The notes under the pieces are model-generated. The model was not told the DNA's origin. It was given only the letters and a program-made list of their open reading frames with translations, and ran no database searches. DNA of 63,979 bases, filler included, from Bigelowiella natans CCMP2755 (lineage: Eukaryota > Protista > Cercozoa), in the NCBI GenBank assembly GCA_000320545.1. It is 6 parts of 6 records of this genome, joined end to end, with 100 filler letters (N's around TTAATTAATTAA, not from the genome) between each part and the next. Parts side by side here need not be neighbours in the genome. Positions count along the whole stretch, not along the records: positions 1 to 20,333 come from ADNK01001431.1; positions 20,434 to 23,559 come from ADNK01002900.1; positions 23,660 to 27,086 come from ADNK01000447.1; 3 more parts are not named here. One strand, written 5' to 3'. Shown in pieces: positions 13,156 through 24,944 of the stretch. A program made the position numbers and the translations under genes. Position 1 is the stretch's first letter. The number at the start of each line of letters is the position of its first letter.

Positions 13156-14050
13156 ATGCAACGTCTCCAGCAGATTTGCGGTCATTTGAAGCCCCTAGAT
13201 AATGGATCCCTCAAGAAGGAGCAGGCAGCGGGCCAGCGCCTTCCAATGGCTCTTCGTGAGGTACCCCGGATTGATCATTCTAATGTGGCGATTGTACCAA
13301 AAAGAGAAGAGGGAGAAAGCCGAAAACCACAGCGAACCACGCCCTTACGTTATAATATATTTAGATCCGCCACAAGCTTCATCTTCCCCTTTACAAGATG
13401 AAGATGATGCAACAGGGATTGATGGGCGAGATGGAAAAAGGTGACTAATTGCTAATTGTCGACGACGCCATGGTATAACTCTTCACACTTGGTTTAATTC
13501 CAAGGACTTAATGGAGAGGAGAGCACCGTTCTCATGCTTCCCAGCTATGTGACAAGAAAGTCTGTTGAGGGCAAAACTGGGTACACGCGGATGGATGATA
13601 AAAAAGCTACATGATGATGATGATGACGATGACGACGACTTTAGTGGCAAGTATTTTCGTGGTCTAACACAGCATCTCACATCCCACAGTGAATACTACG
13701 CACTGGATCTAGGTGGAACTAACTTCAGAGTGCTTAAGTTAGTGTTGAAGGACAGTCAGGTCTACATTTTGTAGTGCGATTCGCGTCGTCGCGCCAACAG
13801 ACATATCTTGATCATCACCAACTTCTAATGACGAACCAAAACAACAGGTGGTGGATACCAAGGCAGCTAAGTACCGAATTCCTCTCAAGCACGTGGTTGG
13901 AGGTATCACCATCTTCCTCTGTTATGTAAGCAATGGGTGTAAAGATAGAATGCTTTTGCGTGATCTACTATTTCATCGAAGGTGACGCTGACGGTCTGTT
14001 CGGCTTCATCGCGAAATCCGTTGCAAAGTAGTAGTAGCAGTAGTAGTAGC

Positions 14051-14087
<37 letters not shown>

Positions 14088-14791
14088 ATCCTGATATCTA
14101 CCATACTGATGTGTGATTGTGCGCACACAAATCTAATGAGTGCGAAACGCTCGTTATCGATCATTGCCGCCGCCGTCGTCGTCATCATCATCATCATCAT
14201 CATCGCCATCATCACTCTCAGGTTTATCAAAGGCTCGAGCACCTCCAGCGCTCCTCTTGGCTTCACATTCTCCTTTCCGATGAAGAAAAACTCGCTAAAC
14301 TCTGGAATCCTCGTCCGGTGGACAAAAAGCTTCACCACCGCAGGAGTGGTGGGCAAGGACGTCTGTGCCCTCCTCGCCGAACAGGTAATAAATCTTATCA
14401 TTGATATGTGTGTGTGTTGTGTTTGTGTAGATGTTGTCTGCTGCTTGTAGTGAGGAGTCTTTTTTTCTCTCCCGTTATTTCCTTACACCACGAACGACTA
14501 TCCCCCCTACAACTCACACTTCTGCTGACCATACTTACTCACCATCCATCAATCCATTTTCCATCATCCTCAGTTCAAGAAGGAGGGGGTCAACATGGGC
14601 GTCACCGCTGTGCTTAACGATACCGTCGGAACCCTTGTTACAGAGTACTTCAAGGTATTTACTACGACTATGTTCTAAGAATACTAATATATTGAAACTA
14701 GGGAGGGGGGGGGGATGATTCTGCGCTAAGTTCAGTACCAACATCTAGATATCATCTCTGTGTCTAATAAAGTCGCGCCTCCCCTCCCCCT

Positions 14792-14833
<42 letters not shown>

Positions 14834-15459
14834 TTATCCTCCCCCTCCTCCTCAGGATGACCGTGCCCTGCTCGGGGGGATCATGGGAACCGGCTTTAAT
14901 GTTGCGTACTGGGAAAAGGTTGGTGTTTTTTGACCAGAAGAAGAAGAAAAAGACTGCAGCGCTCTGCAATGACAATCCTCCTCCTTCTCCTCCCTCTCCT
15001 CCCTCTCCCCCTTCTCCCTCTTCTCCATCATCATCATCATCTTCTTCTTCTTCTTCTTCTTCTTCTTCCAGGTAGGGAACATCCCCAAATACATGAGGGC
15101 CAACAAGGAAGCAGATCCAGACGCTACTATGTGCATCAATATGGAGGGCAAGTGCTGCCTGGGTGCTGTGTGTGACTGCTATACACACACACACACACAC
15201 ATACCCACCCCCAGAAGAGAAAAAAGAGAGAGAAAGAGAGAGAGAGAAGGGGGGGACACACTTGTGGGCGTTATACACGAAAATACACATCAATCTCTGC
15301 GGATTTTCTTCTCGCATAAAAACATCATTCCGTATTCCTCTCCCCCCCCCCCCCCCCCCCCCCTCTCTCTCTCTCTCTATGTAATAGTGCGGAAACTTCG
15401 ATTCCCCGACGATGCGTGTTCTAAAGAACGTGTACAACAAGTATGACATCGAGGTATTT

Positions 15460-15492
<33 letters not shown>

Positions 15493-16380
15493 CCTCGCCC
15501 CCCCTCCTCTTTCTTGCCCTCGTCACCGTCGTCGTCGTTGTTATCATCATCATCATCATCATCACCGTACTATGACAATAGGTCGATGCAGCATCTCCCA
15601 ACAAGGGCCTTGGCTTGACCGAGAAGCTCGTCTCCGGGCTGTACATGGGGGAAATCGCACGCCTCGCTCTCCGTGATCTCAAGTAGGAAAGAAAGAAAGA
15701 GAAAGAAAGAAAGAAAGAGAATACACACAACATCGTTATAACGAGGAGAACAGGAGAAAAGGCAGGCGATGAATGATTATAAATATCAGCACAACGATGC
15801 TGCTGCTGATATGCGTATCATCGGCTTGCCTTCTTCTTCTTCTTCTTCTTCTTCCTCCTCCTCTTCCTACTCGCCCCTTCCACCTTTTTCTCACTACTAC
15901 AACTACTACTACTACTACTACTACTACTACCACATTTGATAGGAAAGCAGGCATCATTAGGGGCCTCCACGGCAAGCTAGAGGAAAAGAAAGGGTTGTTG
16001 TTGTTTGTGATCATGTGGTTGGCGTGTGCTCTACGAGGAGGAATGGGGGCAAGGGGGGGGGGGGGGGGCTATCAGTGTCCAAACAAATGTGATATGATAT
16101 CTTAAAAAAAAAAAAGTTAAAAAAAAAAAAATTTAATGGGGTCCTAGAGCTGTATGAGGCCCCGTGGTTATTTGCAGCATTCTTACCCTACTACTACTGC
16201 TGCTGCTGCTGCTGCCGCTGCTGCCCCATTGTTTTCCTTCTTCGTGTCCTCTTATTTCATCGTCGTCTTCTTCTCTGTTGTTTGTTGTTTGTTGTTGTCG
16301 TCGTCTGTAGGTTTCCAGCTTGGCATCTGTCTGGTTGCGTGGAGGAGGATGATAGCCGCCTGTCAAAGGTAATAGAAGGA

Positions 16381-16426
<46 letters not shown>

Positions 16427-17704
16427 ACATCGTGTTTGAGAGGAGAAGGATGAGGAGGGGGGGGGAGAGGAGAAGGGATATGCCATTTCGGCAGAGAATG
16501 CTCTTTTCCCTTCTACGCAGTAGATGTCATCATCTCCATGCTCAACAACAAAGCGAAAACCATGTCCTCCACCTGTTCCTCCTCCTCCTCCTCCTCATCA
16601 TCATCATCATCATCACCACGTGCAACACCACCACCATCATCCCTCGTCCTACTTAGATCGAGAAGATCTTGAAGAAAGAGTACGGCGTAGAAAGCACATT
16701 GTTCGAAAGAGAAGCCATCCGCAAGGTCTGCGAGTGGGTGGTACTACGCTCTGCACGTGTGGCGGCTACTATCATCGGCACTGTGGTGCTCAAGGCAGGG
16801 TAATGTCAATATTGATAATAGTAATACAACAACGTGATTGTGATTATTAACAAGAAGAAGAAGAAGGAAAAGAAGAAGAAGAAGAAGAAGAAGAAGAAGA
16901 ATTGAGTCTCGTGCGGATGAATGCGAGTGCAAGAATCATTTCTTTAGAATATACAGTACCACGATACTACCATCTTGATGATGGTGATGGTGGTGGTGGT
17001 GGTGATGATGATGATGATGAAGAAGACCGAAGCAGCACACCGTTCGCCATGCATTACAACGATGGCAGCAGCAGCAGTAGTATAAGTAGTAGTAGTAGTT
17101 GCAGCGGTAGCAGTGTCGTTTCATTCCTATTCTTACTTTTCCAAAGTCAAGCAGCAGCACCTCGCAACCAGGAAAGCAATCATTCAATCTGTGCGTTGTT
17201 GAGATATAACAGCATGCCGTTATCTACACACAGGTTTGAGTGGGACTGCACCGTTGCTATCGATGGCTCTGTATTCGAAAAGACACCAAAGTGAGTTAGT
17301 GAGCAAGCAGTAGTAGCAAGCAAAATAGTAGCAGTCAGTGAGGAGAGAAGGAGAAGGAGCACAGAGTAGAAGTAGAAGTAGTAGTAGTAGTAGGAGTAGG
17401 GTCTGGTGCAATGATGATGATGATGATGATGATAATGATGATGAGATAACAGGAGGAAGGATGCAGCCACTGAGTATGGGACACACTTCGCCCTCATTTA
17501 AGCCTCCCCCCCCTCTGCTTTTGTTTTTCATCCTGTCTTCTTTTGTGCGTATTGATTGATGAACTCTCTTCCTCAGCTACCCAAAGCTTATGTACGAGGC
17601 GTTCAACGACTTATTCGGTGATCAGGTTTGTGTCGGAATCAATTCTCATGATAGTAGTGAAAATACTCACGATCATTATTGCCCTTCTTCTTGCAGCTGG
17701 TTCC

Positions 17705-17742
<38 letters not shown>

Positions 17743-17892
17743 GTGCACGTTGCACTTGGGTAAATATACTGATGGTAGTGTTGCTGACTCTGTGACCGTG
17801 CTTGTTCTCCGCAGCCTTACAACATCCGTTTGGTGCTGACCAAAGACGGCTCTGGAGTGGGAGCAGGTCTTTCAGCTGCTCTCATGAGCTAG
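13156..17892 (+). CDS. HK: Hexokinase (multi-exon) with N-terminal PTS2
   Basis: Spliced motifs EMEKGLNGERSTVLMLPSYV, YYALDLGGTNFRVL, PLGFTFSFP, LVRWTKSF, LNDTVGTL, IMGTGFNVAYWE, INMECGNFDS, EKLVSGLYMGEIAR, VAIDGSVFEK, KDGSGVGAG; stop TAG 17890-17892. N-terminus MQRLQQICGHL. Confidence 0.95.
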
Positions 17893-18534
17893 GTGCATGA
17901 TGTTGTCAAATCCATCAATGGTAGAAGTGCACAGCTTTGCGCGCAACACAGCAAAGAGACGGTGTTAAAACAACAGCGCGGAGCAGACGAAAGGGCCAAT
18001 CCAAGGGGAAGAACGGGATGCAGCAGTGTTGCTGCCCCATTCTAGTAGTCGTGATGAAACACATGAGGGTGTAGTAGTAGTGCACGGAGCACGCATCATC
18101 TCGAATGTACGGAGAAGCACCAGTACAGACTTCATGGATGATCTAGTCATATATTTTATACATTTCCACACTGCAGAATTTAGTGTCTACGTCCTAGCTT
18201 GCAGACACAAGTGTTATAGCATGAGAATAATGAGATGTTTTGCCACTAACTATTATATCTTAAGCATAACTAGATAGCTAGATAACATGCACATACACCT
18301 AGCTAGGCTAGTAGACGCACCACGCGTAGGATATCTTGCTATCTAATTTATTATCTAGGACAATGTGCATGTTGTCCCGTCAAAATAACGCACAGCAGCT
18401 CAGTGGCGTACGTACTGCACGCGCTGTGTGTTGCTGGATAGCACAAGCTATATGTGCATATGTGCGATACTATGATATACATTGTTGTCCTAATAATGAC
18501 CCAGAATAATAATACTCAGCACTTACGACACACA

Positions 18535-18650
18535 TGAGATGGATGTAGTAATGATGTGATTAAATCTTTGCAATAGTCATCCTAATGTAGCTATGCAATA
18601 AAGCAGCGGCTACAGCGCGCATGTTGTACCTATTTGTTTCTGCAATTGCA
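18535..18650 (+). repeat. Dispersed ~80-110 bp repeat, copy B
   Basis: TGAGATGGATGTAGTAATGATGTGATTAAATCTTTGCAATAGTCATCCTAATGTAGCTATGCAATAAAGCAGCGGCTACAGCG plus a shared flank ATGTTGT...TTTCTGC with copy A. Confidence 0.8.
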
Positions 18651-19128
18651 TGTGTTTCATGCATACAAAAGCATCCATGCGGCGTGGTCTCGACAATAAT
18701 GTCTAGAATGTCACATACACATGTTATGTCGTCGCTTCATTGTTCGCGCGCCGCCAGCATGCATTGCATTTGCTGCTACTTTAACATGTAGGAAATTTGA
18801 GAGCGGTAGAGTGATGACAGCATTGTTTGTAGCAAGCCCCCAATATCAAAGAGTTTATTTCGTTTACGTATACTGCACAGCTTTTCATACACCACCGCAT
18901 ATTATGCTTGCTATCAATCTCTCTGAGCGGCATCCAGGCGATTAAAGTAGAGAAAGTGAGTGTTCCAGCAAAAGTTGCTCATCGTGAAAAACATCTATAC
19001 CCTGTCTCCTCCTCATCGTCTCGACTCCTGTGCGTGCATCATCATCATCATCATCATTATCTTCTTCTTCTTCTTCTTTTTCTTCTTCACCCTTCCGCCT
19101 CGTCACATAGCTCCACACTGTTCAGTAA

Positions 19129-20194
19129 TCACGCGATGAGGGACGAGAGAGTATAGCCCATGGCGTTTGCGTAGGCAGCCGCTGCAACGACGAGAGGCAC
19201 AAGGTACGACACAATCGTGTCCCACGCGTTCTGCAGGAATGAAGTCGGTGGGGGCATTACGCTGTAGTCATCAGCTTCGATTTGCGAAGATGGCTCTGTG
19301 GTGGAAGCTGTTGGAGGGGGCGCCTTTTCCCCTCCCTCTTCCTCCTTTTCATTGCTGCTCTCCCCCTCCCCACCCGCTGCTATACATACATATATGTGCA
19401 TTTTTTACGTAAGAAATAAGTGTTGATATTGAAAGCATTTAAATATTGAGGTACTTGTGGATTTTTTTTGTGCGGGTAAAAATACAGTGCTAGGTGCTAC
19501 TACCCGTTTCTGCTTTATCGTCCGCAGCTGCTGCCGCTGCCGCTGCCGCTGCTGCATTCTTGCGTTTTTGTTGTTTCGCCTTCTGCACCTTCTCCTTCTT
19601 GTTCTTCTTCTTCTCCCTAATCTTAGCATCTGAGTACTCTAGGCACTCCTGTGTGTGTAATGAATGATGGTAAAGAAGAAGAAGAAGATGATGATGATGG
19701 TAAAGGGAAAAAGAAAGAGAAGGGGGAGGAGGAGGAGGAGGAAGGGAGACCACCTTCGCAAATCTATTCATCTCTGTGGCGCTGTCTTTGGCCTCCTGCC
19801 ATATCAATGATGGTGTGAATATGGTTATATATCTTACTCTCTCTCTCTCTCTCTCTCTCTCCCCCCCCCCTCTCCATGAGTGTTTGTGCGTGTGTTCCTT
19901 CTTTACATGTCGTCATAAATATATCCTTGCCTTGGCTATAGTAGTACCTCAGGCGTTTCGGCGTCGATAAGGGGCACAATCTGCTTCTTTCCGATCTTTT
20001 TGTTGGCCCACAAAATAGTTAAAGCGCAATAATCATGATACACGTCATATTTGATTGCTGTTACAAAAGGAAAGAAAGTCACTTGATAGTTGAATAATAA
20101 TGAGAAGAGAAAATGAACATGTATCTAGCTCATAGCGGAGCCAACAGCAGTACACCATAACCGCCATCACCCACCCTCAATCACCACACATCGC

Positions 20195-20230
<36 letters not shown>

Positions 20231-20310
20231 TATGATCGAAAGCGCTACTTTCAGAGCTAAAGCCTTGGAGCCAGGGGTGTGCTTCACCGAAGCTTTTGAT
20301 GATAATCAAC
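19129..20310 (-). CDS. Hypothetical protein with Lys-rich segment and C-terminal hydrophobic segment (5' end lost in gap)
   Basis: Exons KIGKKQIVPLIDAETPE|EAKDSATEMNRFAK|ECLEYSDAKIREKKKNKKEKVQ...|...FLQNAWDTIVSYLVPLVVAAAAYANAMG. Additional exon-like pieces lie further downstream (~18990-19120), so the true 3' end is uncertain. Confidence 0.5.
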
Positions 20311-20333
20311 AGGGCGGGAGGGGGGGGGGGGGG

Positions 20334-20433
20334 NNNNNNNNNNNNNNNNNNNNNNNNNNNNNNNNNNNNNNNNNNNNTTAATTAATTAANNNNNNNNNNN
20401 NNNNNNNNNNNNNNNNNNNNNNNNNNNNNNNNN
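20334..20433. other. Assembly gap with TTAATTAATTAA linker
   Basis: 100-nt N-run with a central all-frame-stop linker. The same construct recurs at 23560-23659, 27087-27186, 51352-51451 and 60195-60294. Confidence 0.97.
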
Positions 20434-20527
20434 AGGGGGGGCGAGAAATAAGAACCGGCTTGTGTGCCAATGGCCGCTTTCGTACAATCATATATAATCG
20501 AAAAATTCGCGCTCCTACACGCTTTAG

Positions 20528-21292
20528 GTGATGATTGACCCCGTGATTGCAATGGATGGATACACGTACGATCGGCGCGCTATTGAGGGCTACTTACGCA
20601 GCCATTCCTCCTCCCCCCTCACCGGCGCTACCATCCAGCGGCTTTTGATCCCGAATATAAATCTCAAGCAGCAGATAGAGAAGTACTACCCGAACGCGCC
20701 CAAGCGGAGGACGCTGTCGTATTTTCGCGTCGTCTCGATCATCACCATCGTGAACGTGTTCAGCTACTTGAGGCCAAGGGACCTCGGCGCGTGCGCGGCG
20801 GTGTGTCAGGTCGCTGGCGTTTTTCCTTCCTTTCGCTCGAAGTGCCTCGCCCCTCAGTTTTTTGTTTCTGCAGCTATTTGTTTGGTTGGGAGAGGGGGGC
20901 GGGGGGGGGGGGGGAGGGGAGAGCGTTTTGCGCAATTTTCATCCGAGAGGGAGGTGAAAAGACTAGGCCCCCTCCCCGTGTTTCTCTCGGGTTTTTATAT
21001 ACACGCAAGCGCTAAATCACCAGTGTGCATTGTTTCGATGGGAAAATCTTCAACACACTGTTTGTTTGCATTGGCGACGACGCTGCGCTAGGAATTTAAG
21101 GATGTCTCGCAGGACAGCTCGCTCTGGCGCGCGCACGTGTTGCGGGACTTCAAGGTCGTGAATCCGGCCGGCAAATCGAGCATAAAGGAGTTCTATCGCT
21201 GCGAATTCATTAAGGCAGGACGAGCAGCAAACGGCGCGAACTCGAAGAAAACTGGGCGGAGCATTGGCATTCACATGAGGCCTATTGCTTGA
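20528..21292 (+). CDS. U-box plus F-box protein (5' end in or before gap)
   Basis: Exon 20528-20809: U-box VMIDPVIAMDGYTYDRRAIEGYL...SPLTG...LIPNINLKQQIE, then F-box IVNVFSYLRPRDLGACAAVCQ. Exon 21092-21292 completes the F-box (EFKDVSQDSSLWR) and ends ...HMRPIA*. Confidence 0.85.
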
Positions 21293-21519
21293 ACACTGAA
21301 TGGAGACAGTCGATGTGCAATGAGCACGCACCTCGACGACGAACAATGGCACACATGCAAAGAAGCGAGCAAATGCGCGCGCGCGCGCCCTGAAACTTGC
21401 TCGAGCGTTTTTTCTCATCACGTCGTTCGAAAGTTTTCAAGCGTCGTCACTTGCTGTCGTAGTGCACGTGGCGTTGCATGCATGCTGCTGCATCCAGAGT
21501 GCTACCGAGTTTCTGCTGG

Positions 21520-22033
21520 TTGTGATGCGCAGCGTTTAATGCAAGCTAGTAGCTGTGCATTCGCTAATGCACACAACTTCAATCATGAGAAAGAAGTCAT
21601 CATGCGTGGAGCAACTCACATGCGCACACGCATGCGTAGCACATTTCCATCAGCAGGCAAATAATGCGGGTGTCACATGCTGTCGTTGGTGTTTGCTGAC
21701 AGGCACTCGTGGTGTGCATGTTGTGCAGCATTGATCGTCGCATGTGCCATCCCCACGCGTTTTTTTTTTGGTTCGAACAACACCTGCATGCTGTCGCCAT
21801 TTGCTGACGGGCACTCGTGATGCATGCATCATGTGGCATTGAACGTCGCTCGACAAAATGTCCATGATCATGTGCATGAGCATGTGATGTCCGCATTTGC
21901 CTCATGGAAACGTGCTAAGTGTGCATGAGTCGCTCCACGCATGATGAGCTCTTTCGATTCTTGTGGTCGGAGTTGTGTGCATTGTTAGCGAACGCAGAGC
22001 TTGCTTGCTTGTACCAAACGCTGCGCATCACAA
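21520..22033. mobile_element. MITE/foldback-like element with ~100-bp degenerate terminal inverted repeats and an internal ~65-bp direct repeat
   Basis: TTGTGATGCGCAGCGTTT (21520-21537) is the reverse complement of 22016-22033; arm similarity extends to ~21618 and ~21926. Internal direct repeats at 21676-21741 and 21787-21849. Confidence 0.7.
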
Positions 22034-22111
22034 GGAGACAAAAGAAACTCTTGCTTCATTTATTCATAATTCGGTAGCATGCGCGCGCAGGGCCCAACTC
22101 TAGAACTCTCG

Positions 22112-22353
22112 CTACCACTCGCTATTCTTGTGATTATTTCTTTTCTTTTTCATCAGTTCTTTCCTACTAATCATAAACCTAATCATCGCCGCGACTATTG
22201 TTTGTTTCCACGATCGTAGCGGCTTCCCACCGAACCCCCCCCCACCATCATTTAGATATTTCCTGATTTGTCTATTGATGCTGTGTCGGTTTTGCAGATC
22301 TATCTTCCTCATCAGGATCTCGTTGTCATGTAACATATTTTATATACACACTA

Positions 22354-22428
<75 letters not shown>

Positions 22429-22960
22429 CTCTATTCAATGCTACTACTCCTTGGCTACATTTTCCATCTGATGAGGGCTAAACATGATATTACACAGAGA
22501 TTTGCATTATCAGAAATCCTCTTTCTCTTCAATGGAACTCGAGCTACTACTACTGCCATTACTACTAGCTCTTCTTCTGCTACTACGGCGACTACTACTA
22601 CTGTTCTCTGCACCGTCATCATCCTCATTATCTTGAAGTTTATTGTGCATATTAGTTTTACTCCGACGAGGATAGGATGATACAACCATGCCCAGCCTAT
22701 CGCCTTTGCCAATGTAGCCGCTCGCTCGCTTGTATAAATACGTCAGCCTTTTGAGCGAAGCAACACACACACACACGCGGGGGGGGCACACACACAAACA
22801 TACACGGGGGGGGGGGAATTAACCACAAAAACCCAGCAAAACTCTTAGCCTCACTCACCAGAAGAACAACACCAAAACGCCCCAAAAAGAGAAAATGCAC
22901 CAACAAACAGCAGCAGCGGCAGAGCCATCACGGCCGAACACACACAGGCAGAGGGGGGGG

Positions 22961-23000
<40 letters not shown>

Positions 23001-23100
23001 GGGGAGAGAGAGAAAGCACCTCCAAAGCCACCTATCCCCGAACATTGCCCAGGCTATATCGCCAAAGGTCCAAAGCACAGCAAGAGCACTGCTGGAACCC
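22112..23100 (-). CDS. 3' part of hypothetical membrane protein
   Basis: Exon-like hydrophobic segments GGSSSALAVLWTFGDIAWAMFGDRWLWR and AVMALPLLLFVGAFSLFGAFWCCSS with GT donors; terminal ORF 22112-22336. Junctions not fully resolved. Confidence 0.35.
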
Positions 23101-23659
23101 CCTATTAGGAGCGAATGTACATCAGAAATGCTCCTCTAGAATCGATTTGGACACGTCCGCACCGTCCTCCCGCCGGCTTTGGGGGCCGTTGGATGTTGTC
23201 GGTTTTTCCCCCTTTTTTTTTTCCCCCCCCCCCCCCCCCTTTTTTGCCAGGCCTTCCCCCCCAAGAGGGGGTCATTGGATTTGGGGGTGTTGGGGTAAAA
23301 AAATAACCTTTTGCAAAGTTAGTTTTTTTTTCCCCGCTCCCCCCCCCCTCTTTTACCTCACGATCCCCGGGATTGGAAGTCCTTTTTTTGGGGGGGTTCT
23401 TTTTTTTCTTCCTTTTCTGGGGTTTCTTTTTCTTTTTTTTCGCTTTATCACTGCCCCGTTTTGTCCCCTTCCCGGCACTTTTTTTAGTTTTCCCCCCCCC
23501 CCCCCCTCCCCTGCTGCCGCCGCTGCTGCTGCTGCTTTCTTCCTCGTAGCTGGCCTGAGNNNNNNNNNNNNNNNNNNNNNNNNNNNNNNNNNNNNNNNNN
23601 NNNTTAATTAATTAANNNNNNNNNNNNNNNNNNNNNNNNNNNNNNNNNNNNNNNNNNNN

Positions 23660-24912
23660 ACCATCAGGCACGAAAAAAGGCTCGGTACATATTTCTTGGT
23701 ATCAGCTTGGCGATAGTGCTAGGCTGTAACGTATTCGAGGTGGCCTCGCACTCACTCACCACGGAGGAGATGATGAAGAACTTTACAACTCACTCCCCAA
23801 AATAACGCACCTCACTCGCCAAAATAACGCAATTGCTGAGAAGTTACAGCAAATGACACAACGTACTCTGCTCAGCATACAAGCCAAAGCGTAGCGTTCG
23901 AGTCTGGGAACGCATATCCTTACGTAATGCATCTTAGACTTACTGCAGCTCAGGTGGTGTTCTCTTAAGAAGGGTTTTGGTGATGTTCTTGGCAGATTCT
24001 GGCATACATTCTGAAATGTCTCGGAGTGGTCCTGTACATGGTGCTCAACACTTCGGATCCCGGATTCGTGCCACGTAGTGTATATAATCTCTGCCGACTA
24101 ACACATCACACTGAGATGCGCACACTATTACATCACCATTCGCTGCTGGTTTTTCGCATGCTCAGTTCAAGCATCGAGTCCCTCCCCGACTGAGCAGAAG
24201 AGAGGGGTGCGTATGTTTCGTTTGGTGGCTAGAACAAGATACTGTCAAATTCTGAGCTATTTGTAACACTAATCTTGTAGGACTATTGCCACAGCTGCTG
24301 TGGAATGAAACCGCAAAGAGGTAGTACCATTATTCATTCTCTGGAAAGTCAACCCCGTTTCAGTCATCCTCTGATGTGTCTCGCCCTCCTCCCTCTTCTT
24401 TAACCTCCCCATTTACTCTCCATGCTTCTCGTCCGGAAATCAGCCAAACACTGTCGCCAGTGCAATCGTTGTGTGGCACGGTAAGGAGGAGCAGAACCGT
24501 GCAGAAAATAGCAGCAGACAGCATTAGTTAGCGTCGGCGTTTGAGGAGAGGGGGCAGGGAGATGTTTCAAAAGAACTTCCACAGAACAAAATTCACAAAC
24601 AGCAGCCCCAAACGAACACCAGCACTTCCTTATTTGCTAAGCGACCTCAAATAAATTAATTAATCGATCGGTGTGTGCAGCAGTGGTAAGGAAGATAATT
24701 TCTCGTTGTTTTAAGTGTGAATGCCTGGCCTGGTCATTGCTTCCTCGCTGACATATTCTTTGATAATCTTTTATGTGATGCTTGAACCTGATACGGTTTA
24801 CGTGGTATCTGGATGTCATCTCTCTCTTCTACTCCCCCATCTTCTCCTCCTCCTCCTCCTCCTCCTCCAGCTTTGACCATCATTGCCCCTTCGTTGGTGC
24901 GTTGCGGCGATT

Positions 24913-24944
<32 letters not shown>

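Noticed and set aside
23160-23559. 238-aa ORF and poly-T/C/G mosaic before the gap
   Set aside because: Looks like low-quality read end with homopolymer noise.
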